A stretch of DNA of 64,000 bases from an uncultured Clostridia bacterium (GCA_934754495.1 CAKVHW010000001.1:2011-66010), one strand, 5' to 3'; numbered from the stretch's first letter, positions 1 to 10,375 are shown. Made by a program: numbers and translations. Notes: generated from the letters alone by a model not told the origin.

Positions 1-1459
1 TAAGCACGTCTGTCTCAAGAGTTAAAATTTCCCAATCGCCACTACCAGAATAAATTGATGAATCATCATTAGTTATACCACTCCAATTATAGCTACCACC
101 ATTAAGTTCAAATCGCAAACTGCCTTTCATACCATTTAACATTGTTGTTCCGGCAGGCATATTGCTTTTCATTGCAATACTAAATCTATATTTTTTACCT
201 TTCAATACACTTACATGGTTGTAAATTCTACCAGATACTCCATAAGAGCCAGAAAGTTTTAAACATTTTGTTCCTTCAAAAGCATCTGTATCAACAATTT
301 CCATTGTAGCATTGGCTTGATTTGTTAGCCCAGTATATGTGCCAACACTATAACTTTCAAAACCCCCGTCTATTGTTTCACAATGTTTACTTACATAGTA
401 TATATTAGATGTTGTGGAAGCCGTACCTGATGCCCAATTATACATATCCATTGTGGTTTCGCTTTTCTTATCATAGAACTTACCATATTTACTAGGCACC
501 ATATTCAATAAAACATTTCCATCAGCATCATACATTTTAATTTGACCAAATTCAATTTCCTGTGCCCATACAGCATCCCAAACCATACTAATTTCGGTAT
601 TTAATGTGCTAGAAATTGTAAATGTAACCTTAGTCATTGTCCCACTTGTAAATTGGTCTACTGTTTTATCAGCCGTACCTGTAAGACTTGTAAATTTCCA
701 AGAATTTCCATTAATACCAATCCATGCACTATTGTATGTACAGAAGAATATATTACTATTTTTAGCCGTTGTTTTTGCGGTTAGTTCTATTTTACTTACT
801 TGGTTCCATTTAACACCAAGTTTAGGTGCAACTGTTGAACTTTTTACTTTAGTAAGCGTATAGTTATTTGCAAACCAACCTGCTGGAGTGTTTGTCCAAG
901 GGTCTTTATAGCCTAGCCTATACACTCCGCCAGTGTAGTCCACCATTTCAACTGTCATTTTGATTTTCATTGTTTTATTAGCGCCTTCGGCTGTAGGTGT
1001 AACGCTACTAACCAAGCTTACGCTTGCATTAGGTGCCAATGTTGTATTGTAGTAGAAAACTCCACTATATGTATTTTCAATATTCTCATCACTTGCTAGG
1101 AAACCACTATTAAGGGTAACATTGCTAAAGTATCTTGTTGTTGCTATTTCTTTAGTGCTTTCGTTTACGTATATACTATAAAACACTCTTAGCAAAACAT
1201 TGGTTGTGCCGTTGTTGGTGATTGAGTTGTTTGCTGTTACAGATTTTGGTGTTCCGTTTAAGCCAGTTGTAAATTCTGTTGTAGTGCTACTACTTTTTAC
1301 TTCGGTTTTTGCAGAGTTGGTTGTGCCGGAATTTGTAGTATTACCATTTTTATACAACCAAGCCAAGGTATATTGGCACGCAAAATAAAAAAGCATTAGC
1401 ATAAGCACAATGCTACTAATTAAAACCACTATTGTTTTATTCGTTTTCCATTTTTTCAT
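1..1459 (-). CDS. secreted/surface protein, truncated by window edge (signal-anchor N-terminus, S/T/N-rich linker, CBM4_9-like segment)
   Basis: Minus-strand frame is open from ATG 1459-1457 (MKKWKTNKTIVVLISSIVLMLMLFYFACQYTLAWLYKNGNTT...) down to position 2 with no stop; hand-translated at both ends. It is absent from the ORF track because the stop lies outside the window. Hydrophobic N-terminus. The segment DGGFESYSVG...GTKCLKLSG...KKYRFSIAMKS resembles carbohydrate-binding modules. Family call is motif-level only. Confidence 0.6.
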   Translation of the reverse strand, partial: MKKWKTNKTIVVLISSIVLMLMLFYFACQYTLAWLYKNGNTTNSGTTNSAKTEVKSSSTTTEFTTGLNGTPKSVTANNSITNNGTTNVLLRVFYSIYVNESTKEIATTRYFSNVTLNSGFLASDENIENTYSGVFYYNTTLAPNASVSLVSSVTPTAEGANKTMKIKMTVEMVDYTGGVYRLGYKDPWTNTPAGWFANNYTLTKVKSSTVAPKLGVKWNQVSKIELTAKTTAKNSNIFFCTYNSAWIGINGNSWKFTSLTGTADKTVDQFTSGTMTKVTFTISSTLNTEISMVWDAVWAQEIEFGQIKMYDADGNVLLNMVPSKYGKFYDKKSETTMDMYNWASGTASTTSNIYYVSKHCETIDGGFESYSVGTYTGLTNQANATMEIVDTDAFEGTKCLKLSGSYGVSGRIYNHVSVLKGKKYRFSIAMKSNMPAGTTMLNGMKGSLRFELNGGSYNWSGITNDDSSIYSGSGDWEILTLETDVL

Positions 1460-1580
1460 TTTAGTGCGTATTTACCCTTATACTTTCTTATGTCTTATTT
1501 TATAATAATACAAATTTTTTGTAAAACAAATTTTAATAATATTATATATTATTATCTATAATTACCAAATTTTTATGTGC

Positions 1581-1715
1581 GTTGTCACGCTTATTATCAA
1601 AAGAAGTTGTAGCTCTAGTATTAACAGCTAACAATCTTTTGGTGTTGTCATGCTTATTATCAAAATTAACTGCATACAAAATATAAGCCAACAACAATCT
1701 TTGGTGCTATCGCAC
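1581..1715. repeat. imperfect direct repeat with 63-bp period (2 full copies plus 1 partial) in the spacer upstream of the secreted-protein gene
   Basis: gttgtcacgcttattatcaaaa (1581-1602) versus gttgtcatgcttattatcaaaa (1644-1665) match 21/22. caatcttttggtgttgtcatgc (1632-1653) versus caatctttggtgctatcgcac (1695-1715). Both pairs are offset by 63 bp. Confidence 0.7.
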
Positions 1716-1745
1716 AAAAAAACACCCTAGTTTAGGGTGTTTTTT
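1716..1745. terminator. bidirectional intrinsic terminator
   Basis: Stem ACACCCTA / TAGGGTGT (1722-1729 / 1733-1740), flanked by an A-run and a T-run, downstream of the degV stop. Confidence 0.7.
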
Positions 1746-1793
1746 ATTGTTCCAAAAATTTATTTCATTTAAAACCAAACACAAAGTTACTTT

Positions 1794-2690
1794 CTATGGC
1801 AACAAACGTTGTTCGTTACTAACAAACGCAAAAGCAACTGCATTTGGACCAACGTGGGCTCCAATAATAGGTCCCATAATTCTAATTTCAGGTTCGAAAC
1901 CAAAAGTGTTTTTAATTTCCGCTTGAACTTCTTGAGCCATAGGAAGATTATCGGTATGAACAACAACTGCTTTAAAGTGTTCTTTATTGAAAGTAAAGTT
2001 TTGTTTCGTTTCGTCAATAATGCTCTTAATAGCCTTTTTAGAGCCCATTTCTTTACGAACAATTTCAAGTTTGCCAGCTCTAGTAAACTCGATAATTGGT
2101 TTTAATCTAAGCATTGTACCAATTGCCGCCTTAACTCCGCCAATTCGTCCGCCACGTTTTAGATACATAAGGTCGTCAACAATAATTAAGTGTTGTAAAA
2201 GCCCCTTAAGTTTGTTTATTTCATCAAAAGTTTCTTGTAATGTTGCACCCTTATCACGCATATCTACGGCAATACGAACAAGCATACCTTCACCAACTGT
2301 TGTTGTGGTACTTTCTAGTGCCATGTAATTAATGTCAGGATATTTTTCTTTAACAATTTCAATGGCTTTAAGTGCATTGTCAATGGTTGGGCTTAGTCCC
2401 TTGCCTTGCGAGATGTGAAGTGCATTTTTAATGCCTTTTTCTGCCATTCTTGTAAATAAATCAATATGAGCTTGCAAATTCAAAATAGATGTTTTAGCAA
2501 CACCACCTTTACGCAAACGATTGTAAAAATCAACATATTCTTGTTGGGTTTGGAAATTATCCAAATATTCATTAACCACACCATTTTCTTCAATTGTAAA
2601 CGAAAGTGGTTCTACATACACGTCCAGTTTTTTGATTTCATCAGCATACAACTCACATGTACTATCCGAACTGATTTCAAAATTTCTCAT
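1794..2690 (-). CDS. DegV family fatty-acid-binding protein
   Basis: 298-aa ORF. N-terminal SDSTCEL..., the central GKGLSPT region and the YLKRGGRIG motif are typical of DegV/EDD-fold proteins. One of three paralogues in the window. Confidence 0.85.
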   Translation of the reverse strand: MRNFEISSDSTCELYADEIKKLDVYVEPLSFTIEENGVVNEYLDNFQTQQEYVDFYNRLRKGGVAKTSILNLQAHIDLFTRMAEKGIKNALHISQGKGLSPTIDNALKAIEIVKEKYPDINYMALESTTTTVGEGMLVRIAVDMRDKGATLQETFDEINKLKGLLQHLIIVDDLMYLKRGGRIGGVKAAIGTMLRLKPIIEFTRAGKLEIVRKEMGSKKAIKSIIDETKQNFTFNKEHFKAVVVHTDNLPMAQEVQAEIKNTFGFEPEIRIMGPIIGAHVGPNAVAFAFVSNEQRLLP

Positions 2691-2704
2691 TTATTTTCTC
2701 CCTA

Positions 2705-4072
2705 TTATTTATTTTTTCCTTTTTTAGATTTTTCTATATAAATTGTTTTTATATCGCTATCATCAACACTATTCACCGCATTTTTACCATTTGCCTTGCT
2801 CTTTTTAGATTTTTTCGAGCCAAATGGAGCATGAATTTCGGACATCATTATTTCGTGGTTTTGAAGATAATCCACAACTAGTTTTCGTGAATATTCTTCA
2901 TTTGCTGGAATAAGATAACCACTAAAGGCAATTCCACCAGCCACAACTGCAAGCACTGGAATCATAGAACCACACATTCCAAGTAGCATCGGTACCATAA
3001 CCGCCAAGTTGGAAGTTATTTCCCTATTAAATAATGCCCTATTACCTGCACCCATAATACGTGCCTTTGGAAGTAGCCTTCGCAAACAGAATGTTGAGAT
3101 GTTGCCATAGAACAATCCAATAATTGCATTCAATACAAATAGTAATGCTACATTTTTAACAAATATTAGCATTGCTGTACCCACAGCACATACAACACAG
3201 CTTATTACTAATAGCGGAGTTGTCTCCTTTTTAGAGTCAATAATGCCAAATAGGAAACACCCTAGTCCAAACATTCCACTATAAAGAGCATTCATGTAAC
3301 CAGCCATTCCAAACGATGGGAATGTAAGATACAAGTGAATTACATATGCTGCCCCAATTACATCCATAAAGCTAAAAATAAAATATACAATCGCATAACC
3401 CAAAAGCATTTTGTGTGTAAATTTTTTTTGTTTCTTTACAAGTTCTGGACTGTTTGAAAATGTTAAAACAGCATTAGAAACCGCATCAGCATTAAAGCCT
3501 TTTTGATTACGACTTCTAACATAGTAAACAACAAGCGGAATAACAGAAATTATATAAATTACAACAGAAATAATAAGTATAAGTGTTTTGTTTACATCAA
3601 GCATAACACCACCAACAACAAATGCAAGTAAAACACCAAGTTGCTCTAATAGTCTAGTGACGCCTAGCGAATTTCCATCTTGTCCTTCTTGAGTGGAGGC
3701 ATAGTTGTATAACACTTCAAGTGGCATTGTTTTAAAACCTTCGGCAAAACCATAGAACAAAACCGAACCTATTACTCCAATCCACAAGTTGATTTCTATT
3801 AGCAATATACTAATTGAATACAACACTACCGGAACAATTCTAATCATTAGTGCTAGTTGTGGGCTGTTTTGAAAAAACTTGCGGCATACAATACTAGTAA
3901 GAAGTCTAATTAAATATTGCACAACCACACTTGCACATGCCAGCACAAGCGAACCAGTTGCATCCAAAATAATAACAGGAATAAATGCACCAACAAGCTT
4001 AGTGGCAATATTTGAAAGCAACTTATAAAAATTAAGTAAAAACAATTGTTTTTGCATTTTCCTAAATTTCAT
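2705..4072 (-). CDS. multi-pass membrane transporter, MFS-like, with Lys-rich C-terminal tail
   Basis: 455-aa ORF with about 12 hydrophobic segments and a tail of ...GSKKSKKSKANGKN...KSKKGKNK. The MFS assignment comes from topology only. Confidence 0.5.
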   Translation of the reverse strand: MKFRKMQKQLFLLNFYKLLSNIATKLVGAFIPVIILDATGSLVLACASVVVQYLIRLLTSIVCRKFFQNSPQLALMIRIVPVVLYSISILLIEINLWIGVIGSVLFYGFAEGFKTMPLEVLYNYASTQEGQDGNSLGVTRLLEQLGVLLAFVVGGVMLDVNKTLILIISVVIYIISVIPLVVYYVRSRNQKGFNADAVSNAVLTFSNSPELVKKQKKFTHKMLLGYAIVYFIFSFMDVIGAAYVIHLYLTFPSFGMAGYMNALYSGMFGLGCFLFGIIDSKKETTPLLVISCVVCAVGTAMLIFVKNVALLFVLNAIIGLFYGNISTFCLRRLLPKARIMGAGNRALFNREITSNLAVMVPMLLGMCGSMIPVLAVVAGGIAFSGYLIPANEEYSRKLVVDYLQNHEIMMSEIHAPFGSKKSKKSKANGKNAVNSVDDSDIKTIYIEKSKKGKNK

Positions 4073-4140
4073 CCTTTTCTAACAACTTTAATAATATATC
4101 ATATCATTAAAAAAATTAAAAATTATTTGGGCAAGTTTGC

Positions 4141-4209
4141 AAAAAAAACACACTTTAGCTTAATTTAACCAAAGTGTGAGTAAAAAAAACGAGAGGCGGG
4201 TACCTCTCG
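4141..4209 (-). terminator. tandem intrinsic terminators after the 4337 gene
   Basis: Minus strand: CGAGAGG-loop-CCTCTCG (4190-4209) followed by a T-run, then CACACTTT-loop-AAAGTGTG (4149-4178) followed by a T-run. Confidence 0.65.
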
Positions 4210-4336
4210 CTACCTAAATATGTGTATGTAAATAGGTAGAATGAAAAATGGAAAAACATTTTATTTGTTTATAAAATGCATTATAATAATACCACTAAAA
4301 ACATAAGGTGTCAATACCCTAATTTTAAAAAAATTG

Positions 4337-5299
4337 CTATTTTTTTAGGTTTTTTAGCACTTTTTGAACACCTAAATCATTAATAATGGAAATTCTTTGC
4401 CCTCTACTAAACAAAATTAGTGTAACTCGCCCATCATCTTTTAACATTTTAACATCGTTAATCTTTATTATAATCTTGTCTTTATCCCAATACGAAAGCG
4501 AATAATCCACCTCACCATACGGCACAACAAACTTTAGTTTTGGATTATAAAATCCCTCACCATATATCACAAGCGTGTTTTTGTATTTTGGTACACAACC
4601 ATAACACATCAAACTTTGACTTGGTAAAATTGTACTAATTTTAGTTGTTTTAACTTGAATGCTGTTTTTTAATTCTACCACAGTGTTATCAGAAATTTTT
4701 TCTCTTATTACACACCCATTATTTATTACACTATTTTCACCAATGGAACTATATATTTTACAATCATCACATATTTTCACATTTTTACAAATATTTATCT
4801 TTTTGTCAAAAAGAGTGCTGTTATTGTCATAAAACCTATTATTATTTCCAACAACAATATTTTCACACAAATTATATCCACTACCAATATAATTAAAATC
4901 ACCACTTATTACAAGTGGAAAAGCAATGTTTGAATATGGTGAAATATAATTTGTGCACGCACTTACACATACCACTTTTGCACGAGTAAGCACACCAATT
5001 AAATCGTTATTGTTAAGATTATTATCAACCACATTTTTTGAAATTAAGTACATAAATATTGCAAACAATCCACTCTTGCAACTTAGGTCAATATTATGTT
5101 CTATATAATACTGTTCATGCTTTTTACATTCTAAAAAAACTATTTTTTCATCTACTTTACAATTGGGAAAATTGTTCTTAATAAGTTTTCTAAGATAGGA
5201 TAATGTTAATTTTTTAAACCAAATATTTTTTAATTCCATATTGATATATATGAAATTTTTATAGGAATGTTTAATAATTTGTATAGCAAAACTGCACAT
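4337..5299 (-). CDS. hypothetical Cys/Asn-rich protein with hexapeptide-like beta-helix segment
   Basis: ORF 4337..5332 begins with TTG. ATG at 5299 has GGAAGA about 11 nt upstream; ATG at 5239 is also possible. The middle (ICKNVKICDDCKIYSSIGENSVINNGCVIREKISDNTVV) resembles left-handed beta-helix repeats. No confident family. Confidence 0.45.
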   Translation of the reverse strand: MCSFAIQIIKHSYKNFIYINMELKNIWFKKLTLSYLRKLIKNNFPNCKVDEKIVFLECKKHEQYYIEHNIDLSCKSGLFAIFMYLISKNVVDNNLNNNDLIGVLTRAKVVCVSACTNYISPYSNIAFPLVISGDFNYIGSGYNLCENIVVGNNNRFYDNNSTLFDKKINICKNVKICDDCKIYSSIGENSVINNGCVIREKISDNTVVELKNSIQVKTTKISTILPSQSLMCYGCVPKYKNTLVIYGEGFYNPKLKFVVPYGEVDYSLSYWDKDKIIIKINDVKMLKDDGRVTLILFSRGQRISIINDLGVQKVLKNLKK

Positions 5300-5410
5300 T
5301 TTGTATGGTCTTCCAATATTACAATTGCGCAAGGTTAAAATGCCATTATTTTGTTTACATTTTATTTTAATTTTGTAATAATAATAAAAAATTTAAAGGT
5401 GGCTTGTATT

Positions 5411-6031
5411 ATGAAAAAAGGTTTGTTTATTTCTCTTGAAGGTGGTGAAGGAGCTGGCAAAAGTGAGCAAGTAAATTTTATAAAAAAATGGTTTGAATAC
5501 AATCAAATTCCCTATTTACTAACCAAAGAACCTGGCGGGACAGAACTTGGTGAAGAACTTAGACCAATCATAAAAACAGCACCATACCCAATTAACACAC
5601 GTGCTGAATTATTGCTATTTAATGCATGCCGTGCAGAACTAGTAGATGAAGTGATTAAACCCAACATTGAAAAAGGTGTAACTGTTGTGTCCGACCGTTT
5701 TAGCGACAGCACTTATGCATATCAATGTGCTGGACGTGGTTTAAACGAAACAGATGTTAAAAACATTATTGACTTTGCAACTGGTGGCTTACAACCAGAT
5801 GTAACATTTTGGCTTGATATAACACCAACGCAGGCATTTGCAAGAAAACATGGTGCAGACATTGGGGACCGCATTGAAAATACCGACCTTAGCATGCATG
5901 AGAGAGTTTATTCCGCTTACAAACACCTAAGCGAAACACTACCACGAGTTATTAGAATAGATGCCACTCTTACAATCGCCGAAGTAAGCAAACAGATAGA
6001 AACACATCTTAATAAATTATTTAATAAATAA
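5411..6031 (+). CDS. tmk: thymidylate kinase
   Basis: MKKGLFISLEGGEGAGKS P-loop, followed by TKEPGGT and a DRF..S lid region. RBS AAAGGTGG lies upstream of ATG 5411 (internal Met of ORF 5351..6031). Confidence 0.9.
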   Translation: MKKGLFISLEGGEGAGKSEQVNFIKKWFEYNQIPYLLTKEPGGTELGEELRPIIKTAPYPINTRAELLLFNACRAELVDEVIKPNIEKGVTVVSDRFSDSTYAYQCAGRGLNETDVKNIIDFATGGLQPDVTFWLDITPTQAFARKHGADIGDRIENTDLSMHERVYSAYKHLSETLPRVIRIDATLTIAEVSKQIETHLNKLFNK

Positions 6032-6060
6032 CTTAACAACTCCAGACTTTAACATTAACT

Positions 6061-6091
6061 AAAAAAACACCATTTTAAATGGTGTTTTTTT
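6061..6091. terminator. bidirectional intrinsic terminator
   Basis: A7-CACCAT...ATGGTG-T7 hairpin between the convergent tmk and 6105 genes. Confidence 0.7.
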
Positions 6092-6104
6092 GTTTTAGAT
6101 ATTA

Positions 6105-6617
6105 TTATTTATTATTTTTTAAAACTTCAATAATTAAAGCCTTCATTTCCGCATCGGTAAGAATACCTTGCTTATTAAGTTTTTTAATTTCCTCTATTCT
6201 ATCTAATCCCCCTGATTGACTATTGGTGTTGCTTTTTGCTTGGCCTACAATAGCGGCATCTGTCTTATAACCATTTCTTAAGCATAATGAAACTACATAT
6301 AAAATCATAGGAATAAGTGGAATTAGTGATACAAGACTTTTAAACACTGCAAAAACCATACAAATAATCCCATTCAACATTAGTCCAGCGACACAAACAT
6401 TCATATATGCCTTTTCGCTTGGATTTTTTACCCCCCAAATAGAAGGTATTAGCAAGGCAACCGACAGTATAATAACTACTATTTCATAAGCATCTGCAAA
6501 TGAATTATATCCATCTCTAGTTACCATTCTATAAACTTCAAGAGAGATGCATAGTAGTGCTACGATAATACTAGCTAAACTAGCAAAAAGTTGAAAAGTT
6601 CTTTTAAGATTATTCAT
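6105..6617 (-). CDS. four-TM membrane protein with SHOCT-like C-terminal helix
   Basis: 170 aa. Hydrophobic core followed by ...LDRIEEIKKLNKQGILTDAEMKALIIEVL, which resembles the short C-terminal SHOCT domain. Architecture is shared with 44906..45472 and 45465..45998. Confidence 0.6.
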   Translation of the reverse strand: MNNLKRTFQLFASLASIIVALLCISLEVYRMVTRDGYNSFADAYEIVVIILSVALLIPSIWGVKNPSEKAYMNVCVAGLMLNGIICMVFAVFKSLVSLIPLIPMILYVVSLCLRNGYKTDAAIVGQAKSNTNSQSGGLDRIEEIKKLNKQGILTDAEMKALIIEVLKNNK

Positions 6618-6702
6618 TTTTTTCCTCCAAATATTACTTTATAAGTATAGTAACACGTCATGTACAATATGTCAATATTTATTTTTTTTAACTCATCTGT
6701 TT

Positions 6703-7704
6703 CTACAATGTATTAATTCTAAATTTGTCTTTTTGAATTTCATCAGCTATTTTAACAATTTTTTCTAGTCTATGATTAATACCACTCTTTGATATATTAT
6801 AACTATATAGTTTTCTTAGAGTTTCAAGCGATTCGTCTGGATTTGCAAGCCTAATTAAGCAAAGTTCCATAAGAGGTTCGTCTAAATTTTCAAGCCCCAT
6901 ATTATCCTGAATAATTTTAATTGCCTTCATTTGTTTCACTGCTGCTCCAACAGTTTTGTTAAGGTTGGCATTAAAACAATTTGTTTGTCTATTTACATTG
7001 TTTCTAACTTCTCTTATTGCCGCTTCATTTTGAAGTGTAAGCACTGCATGTGATGCTCCAACTAATGCAAGCATATCACAAATAAGTTGATATTCTTTAA
7101 TGTACACAATTGGCGAGTTTTTTCTTATTGTAACCTTACTTGGAATATTAAATATTTCCAAAAGTTTTACAAAGTCATCAGCCAAATTTTCAAAGTTAAA
7201 TACAAATTCTAAGTGATAGCCACTGCTATTGTTTCTATGTTTGTTATCGTAATTTTTAATCACAATATTACTTGTTGCACAACTTACAAATGCACCCTTA
7301 ATATAACTTTTTTTGCAACAATCATCAGCAATCAAAAAGTTTGGAATGCCATTATTAATTGTTTTACACCCTTCTTCATTAAGCGAAACAATTCCCATAT
7401 CAACAAGTAGTTGTTCGGTCACTTCACTTGGCAAAGTGATTCTGTATCTTGTGTTTTTAGAAATAGTAGCATTATCGTCTGAAATTTCAAGGTCGCATTC
7501 GTAACCATAATACTGTTTGATAATTGCATTAATTTTAGGATACAACTCTTCAATTTCAGTAAAAATTTCTACAACATAATTTTTGTTTGTAATATTAAGT
7601 TGACCACTGCATTTAATTACAGCACTCAAAAAAGCAATAGCACAACAATCGTTTGTGATATCTTGTTTTAACACTTCTAATTTTGCTTCATATGCAAATG
7701 ACAT
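6703..7704 (-). CDS. whiA: sporulation/cell-division regulator WhiA
   Basis: 333 aa. N-terminal MSFAYEAKLE...C..AFL.A, a degenerate LAGLIDADG-type middle and a C-terminal HTH (ISKSGINHRLEKI) are typical of WhiA. Confidence 0.85.
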   Translation of the reverse strand: MSFAYEAKLEVLKQDITNDCCAIAFLSAVIKCSGQLNITNKNYVVEIFTEIEELYPKINAIIKQYYGYECDLEISDDNATISKNTRYRITLPSEVTEQLLVDMGIVSLNEEGCKTINNGIPNFLIADDCCKKSYIKGAFVSCATSNIVIKNYDNKHRNNSSGYHLEFVFNFENLADDFVKLLEIFNIPSKVTIRKNSPIVYIKEYQLICDMLALVGASHAVLTLQNEAAIREVRNNVNRQTNCFNANLNKTVGAAVKQMKAIKIIQDNMGLENLDEPLMELCLIRLANPDESLETLRKLYSYNISKSGINHRLEKIVKIADEIQKDKFRINTL

Positions 7705-7744
7705 TGTGCTACCGCCTGCCTTTTTTATTAAAATACATTATATC

Positions 7745-7775
7745 AAAAAAACAACTAAAAATCTAGTTGTTTTTT
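7745..7775. terminator. intrinsic terminator
   Basis: ACAACTA-loop-TAGTTGT (7751-7770) with a flanking A-run and T-run. Confidence 0.6.
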
Positions 7776-7822
7776 AAAATTCAATAATTATTATTTTCTG
7801 GTATAGTTATTTTTAAAACCAA

Positions 7823-8620
7823 TTACTTTTTATCTACCGCTTTAGCAACTTCGTATGCTATGTCTGTCATTACAACTTTTAAATTATGGCGGTATTCTTT
7901 AGGAAACATACCCCAATCTTTCATACTATTTACAGCATCAGAAAAATACAAGAATTGTCCAAATTTAAAACCCATTTTTTTAGCAACAACACACCAAGTG
8001 GCACACTCCATTTCCACCGCAGTACACCCCTGATTAATTCTAAGTGCTATAAGTTTTTCGGTTTCTCTGTAAAAGGCATCAGTTGTCCAAGTACGACCCA
8101 CTTCAAATTTTACTTTATGATTTTTAAACGCCTGCTCTATATTTTTTGTCACAAAGTTGTCGGTTGTTGCCAATACATTGGCTGACGCATAATGATAGCT
8201 TGTACCTTCGTCTCTAATTGCATCGGTCACAACAAGCATTTTAGAACCATCAAAAGTGTGGTCAATCAGTCCTGCCGAACCACAAGCAATAAAGTTTTTT
8301 ATTCCCATTGAGCCAAGTTCTTCCATAGTTGCGGCGGCATTTGGCGCCCCCACAAAAGGCACCACAAAAAGTATTCCGTCCACTACATACATAGGGTGAT
8401 GGTCTTCCCCTGCTTGAATAAAACCTATTTCATCAACCTTGCCTAATGTATCAAGCCACGCTTTTAATTCGGCATAAAAAGTAAGCACACAAGTTTTGAT
8501 ATTGTTCTTTCTAATATACTCAATAGTCACATCGTGTTTGCCCGAACTATTTATTGCTTTTTTCGCTGTTAAAAATGGCTTATCATCATAAAATTTATCA
8601 TCAATCAAATGATTAATCAT
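7823..8620 (-). CDS. nucleoside phosphorylase (PNP/UDP family, uridine-phosphorylase-like)
   Basis: 265 aa with motifs CGSAG, IRDEGTSYHY, TTDAFYRE and VEMECA. Confidence 0.75.
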   Translation of the reverse strand: MINHLIDDKFYDDKPFLTAKKAINSSGKHDVTIEYIRKNNIKTCVLTFYAELKAWLDTLGKVDEIGFIQAGEDHHPMYVVDGILFVVPFVGAPNAAATMEELGSMGIKNFIACGSAGLIDHTFDGSKMLVVTDAIRDEGTSYHYASANVLATTDNFVTKNIEQAFKNHKVKFEVGRTWTTDAFYRETEKLIALRINQGCTAVEMECATWCVVAKKMGFKFGQFLYFSDAVNSMKDWGMFPKEYRHNLKVVMTDIAYEVAKAVDKK

Positions 8621-8623
8621 TTG

Positions 8624-9391
8624 TTACTCCTTGTCCAAATTATATGTTTTGAATTTAGGAATTTGGTTTATATTAACTACCTGTTCTGGCGGAATGTTAT
8701 ATTTTTCAACAAAGTTTAAGCCCCTATGGTTTTTGCCCACTCTTTCTGGGAAATGTGCATCGCTATCCACTATAAACTTAACACCACACTCAATCATATC
8801 GTGCATTTGGTCGTCACTAAAATTAATGTGTTTCCCGTTAAGTTCTATATATGTACCATATTCTTTAGCCACCTTTGCCACCTTTACAGGGTCTACAAGA
8901 CAGCCGTGAGTGTTAAGGTGCGATATAATGTCAATCTTATTTTTCTTGATAGCATTAATATATGCTTGAGTGTTTTTCTCTATTTGTTTTTTGCTGTGTC
9001 TACCTATTCCTAGTGCATTTGGCACCCAAAAATTAAAAAACGATTTAATATTTTTAGGCTTGTACAGTCCATGAAAACCAACAACTAATATGTCTACAAG
9101 TTTACGGCTTTCAGGTGGCAAATCTATATTTCCGTCAAGGTCTAACAGGTTGCTTTCTAATCCACAAAGAATATCTATTTGACCAGCATATTTTCTACGC
9201 AAACTCTCAATTTGAACACGCATTTCATTGTATTCTTTTTTGTTGATTCCATAAAAAGATTGCGAAAATGAGTGCTCAGTAATTGCTATTTGTTTTAGTC
9301 CCCTTTTTATAGCGGTTTTAACATTATCTTCCACCGTGCCATGACCATGCGTGTATATTGTGTGTGTATGATAATCTCCTAGTAATGCCAT
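8624..9391 (-). CDS. PHP-domain phosphoesterase (histidinol-phosphatase family)
   Basis: N-terminal GDYHTHT..HGHG, ITEHS, and C-terminal DSDAH metal-ligand motifs. Confidence 0.75.
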   Translation of the reverse strand: MALLGDYHTHTIYTHGHGTVEDNVKTAIKRGLKQIAITEHSFSQSFYGINKKEYNEMRVQIESLRRKYAGQIDILCGLESNLLDLDGNIDLPPESRKLVDILVVGFHGLYKPKNIKSFFNFWVPNALGIGRHSKKQIEKNTQAYINAIKKNKIDIISHLNTHGCLVDPVKVAKVAKEYGTYIELNGKHINFSDDQMHDMIECGVKFIVDSDAHFPERVGKNHRGLNFVEKYNIPPEQVVNINQIPKFKTYNLDKE

Positions 9392-9402
9392 TTTTCTTCC
9401 CC

Positions 9403-10308
9403 CTAGTTTATATAAATAATCTCCGTTTCCAGTTGAATATTATAGTTCTGTTTTATTGTGTCTTTGACCCTATCTATTAGCATTAACACATCTTTGCTAC
9501 GTGCTAGCCCTGCATTAACAATAAAATTTGAATGTTTTACACTAATCATTGCTCCGCCTATTGCATAGCCTTTAAGTCCACTTTCTTCTATAAGTTTTGC
9601 AACACTCACTCCGTCTGGATTTTTAAAAACACTGCCGGCACTTGGGTGATTAAGCGGTTGGCTAGCAAGTCGTTTTTCTTTAATCTCGTTTCGCCTTGTT
9701 GTAAGTTCACTTTTCTTGCCACGTTCCAACGAAAATTGTACCCTTAGTATTATTGCATTAGTGTTTTTAAACACACTTTGCCTATATCCAAACTTACATT
9801 CTGCATTGGTGTAAAGTCTAATTTTGCCGTCCACAAGCGCCAAAACATCAGTTACAACATCGCTCATTCTAAAGCCATATGCCCCTGCATTCATAACCAC
9901 CGCACCGCCTACAGTCCCTGGAATACCAAAAGCATCTTCCAATCCCTTTAGACCGTGGTCTGTGGTTGTTACACTAAGTCCGCTAAGACTTGCCCCACCA
10001 TAAGCAACAACCATTTTGCCAAAGAAATCCACATGGTTAAATCGGTTTGAAATCTTTACAATTACTCCATTATAACCAGCATCATCAAAAAGCAGATTGG
10101 TGCAATTGCCCACAACAAAATGTTTTATCTGTTTTTCGGTCAAAAAACCAACAACTTTAATTATCTCTTCCAAACTTTCTGGTTCTGCCACCACTTTTGC
10201 CTTTCCGCCAATTTTAAACGATGACATTTCGCTAAGCAACACATGTTTTTTCACGCACTTGCACATCTTTTTAAGTTTTGAATAGATATAACTAAAATTA
10301 TTGTTCAT
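9403..10308 (-). CDS. murB: UDP-N-acetylenolpyruvoylglucosamine reductase
   Basis: 301 aa. FAD-binding N-terminus (SFKIGGKA...), then GSVFKNP and GGAMISVKHSNFIVN motifs. Confidence 0.9.
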   Translation of the reverse strand: MNNNFSYIYSKLKKMCKCVKKHVLLSEMSSFKIGGKAKVVAEPESLEEIIKVVGFLTEKQIKHFVVGNCTNLLFDDAGYNGVIVKISNRFNHVDFFGKMVVAYGGASLSGLSVTTTDHGLKGLEDAFGIPGTVGGAVVMNAGAYGFRMSDVVTDVLALVDGKIRLYTNAECKFGYRQSVFKNTNAIILRVQFSLERGKKSELTTRRNEIKEKRLASQPLNHPSAGSVFKNPDGVSVAKLIEESGLKGYAIGGAMISVKHSNFIVNAGLARSKDVLMLIDRVKDTIKQNYNIQLETEIIYIN

Positions 10309-10375
10309 ATTTTACCTTAAAATAAAATTTTTTTCAAATTAATTAGTAATATATATTCACTTTAAGGTAAATAGT

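Noticed and set aside
606-1388. Plus-strand ORFs 606..863 and 1200..1388.
   Set aside because: They are antisense to the continuous minus-strand frame 1..1459, which has a plausible signal-anchor start. They have no RBS and hydrophobic low-complexity translations.
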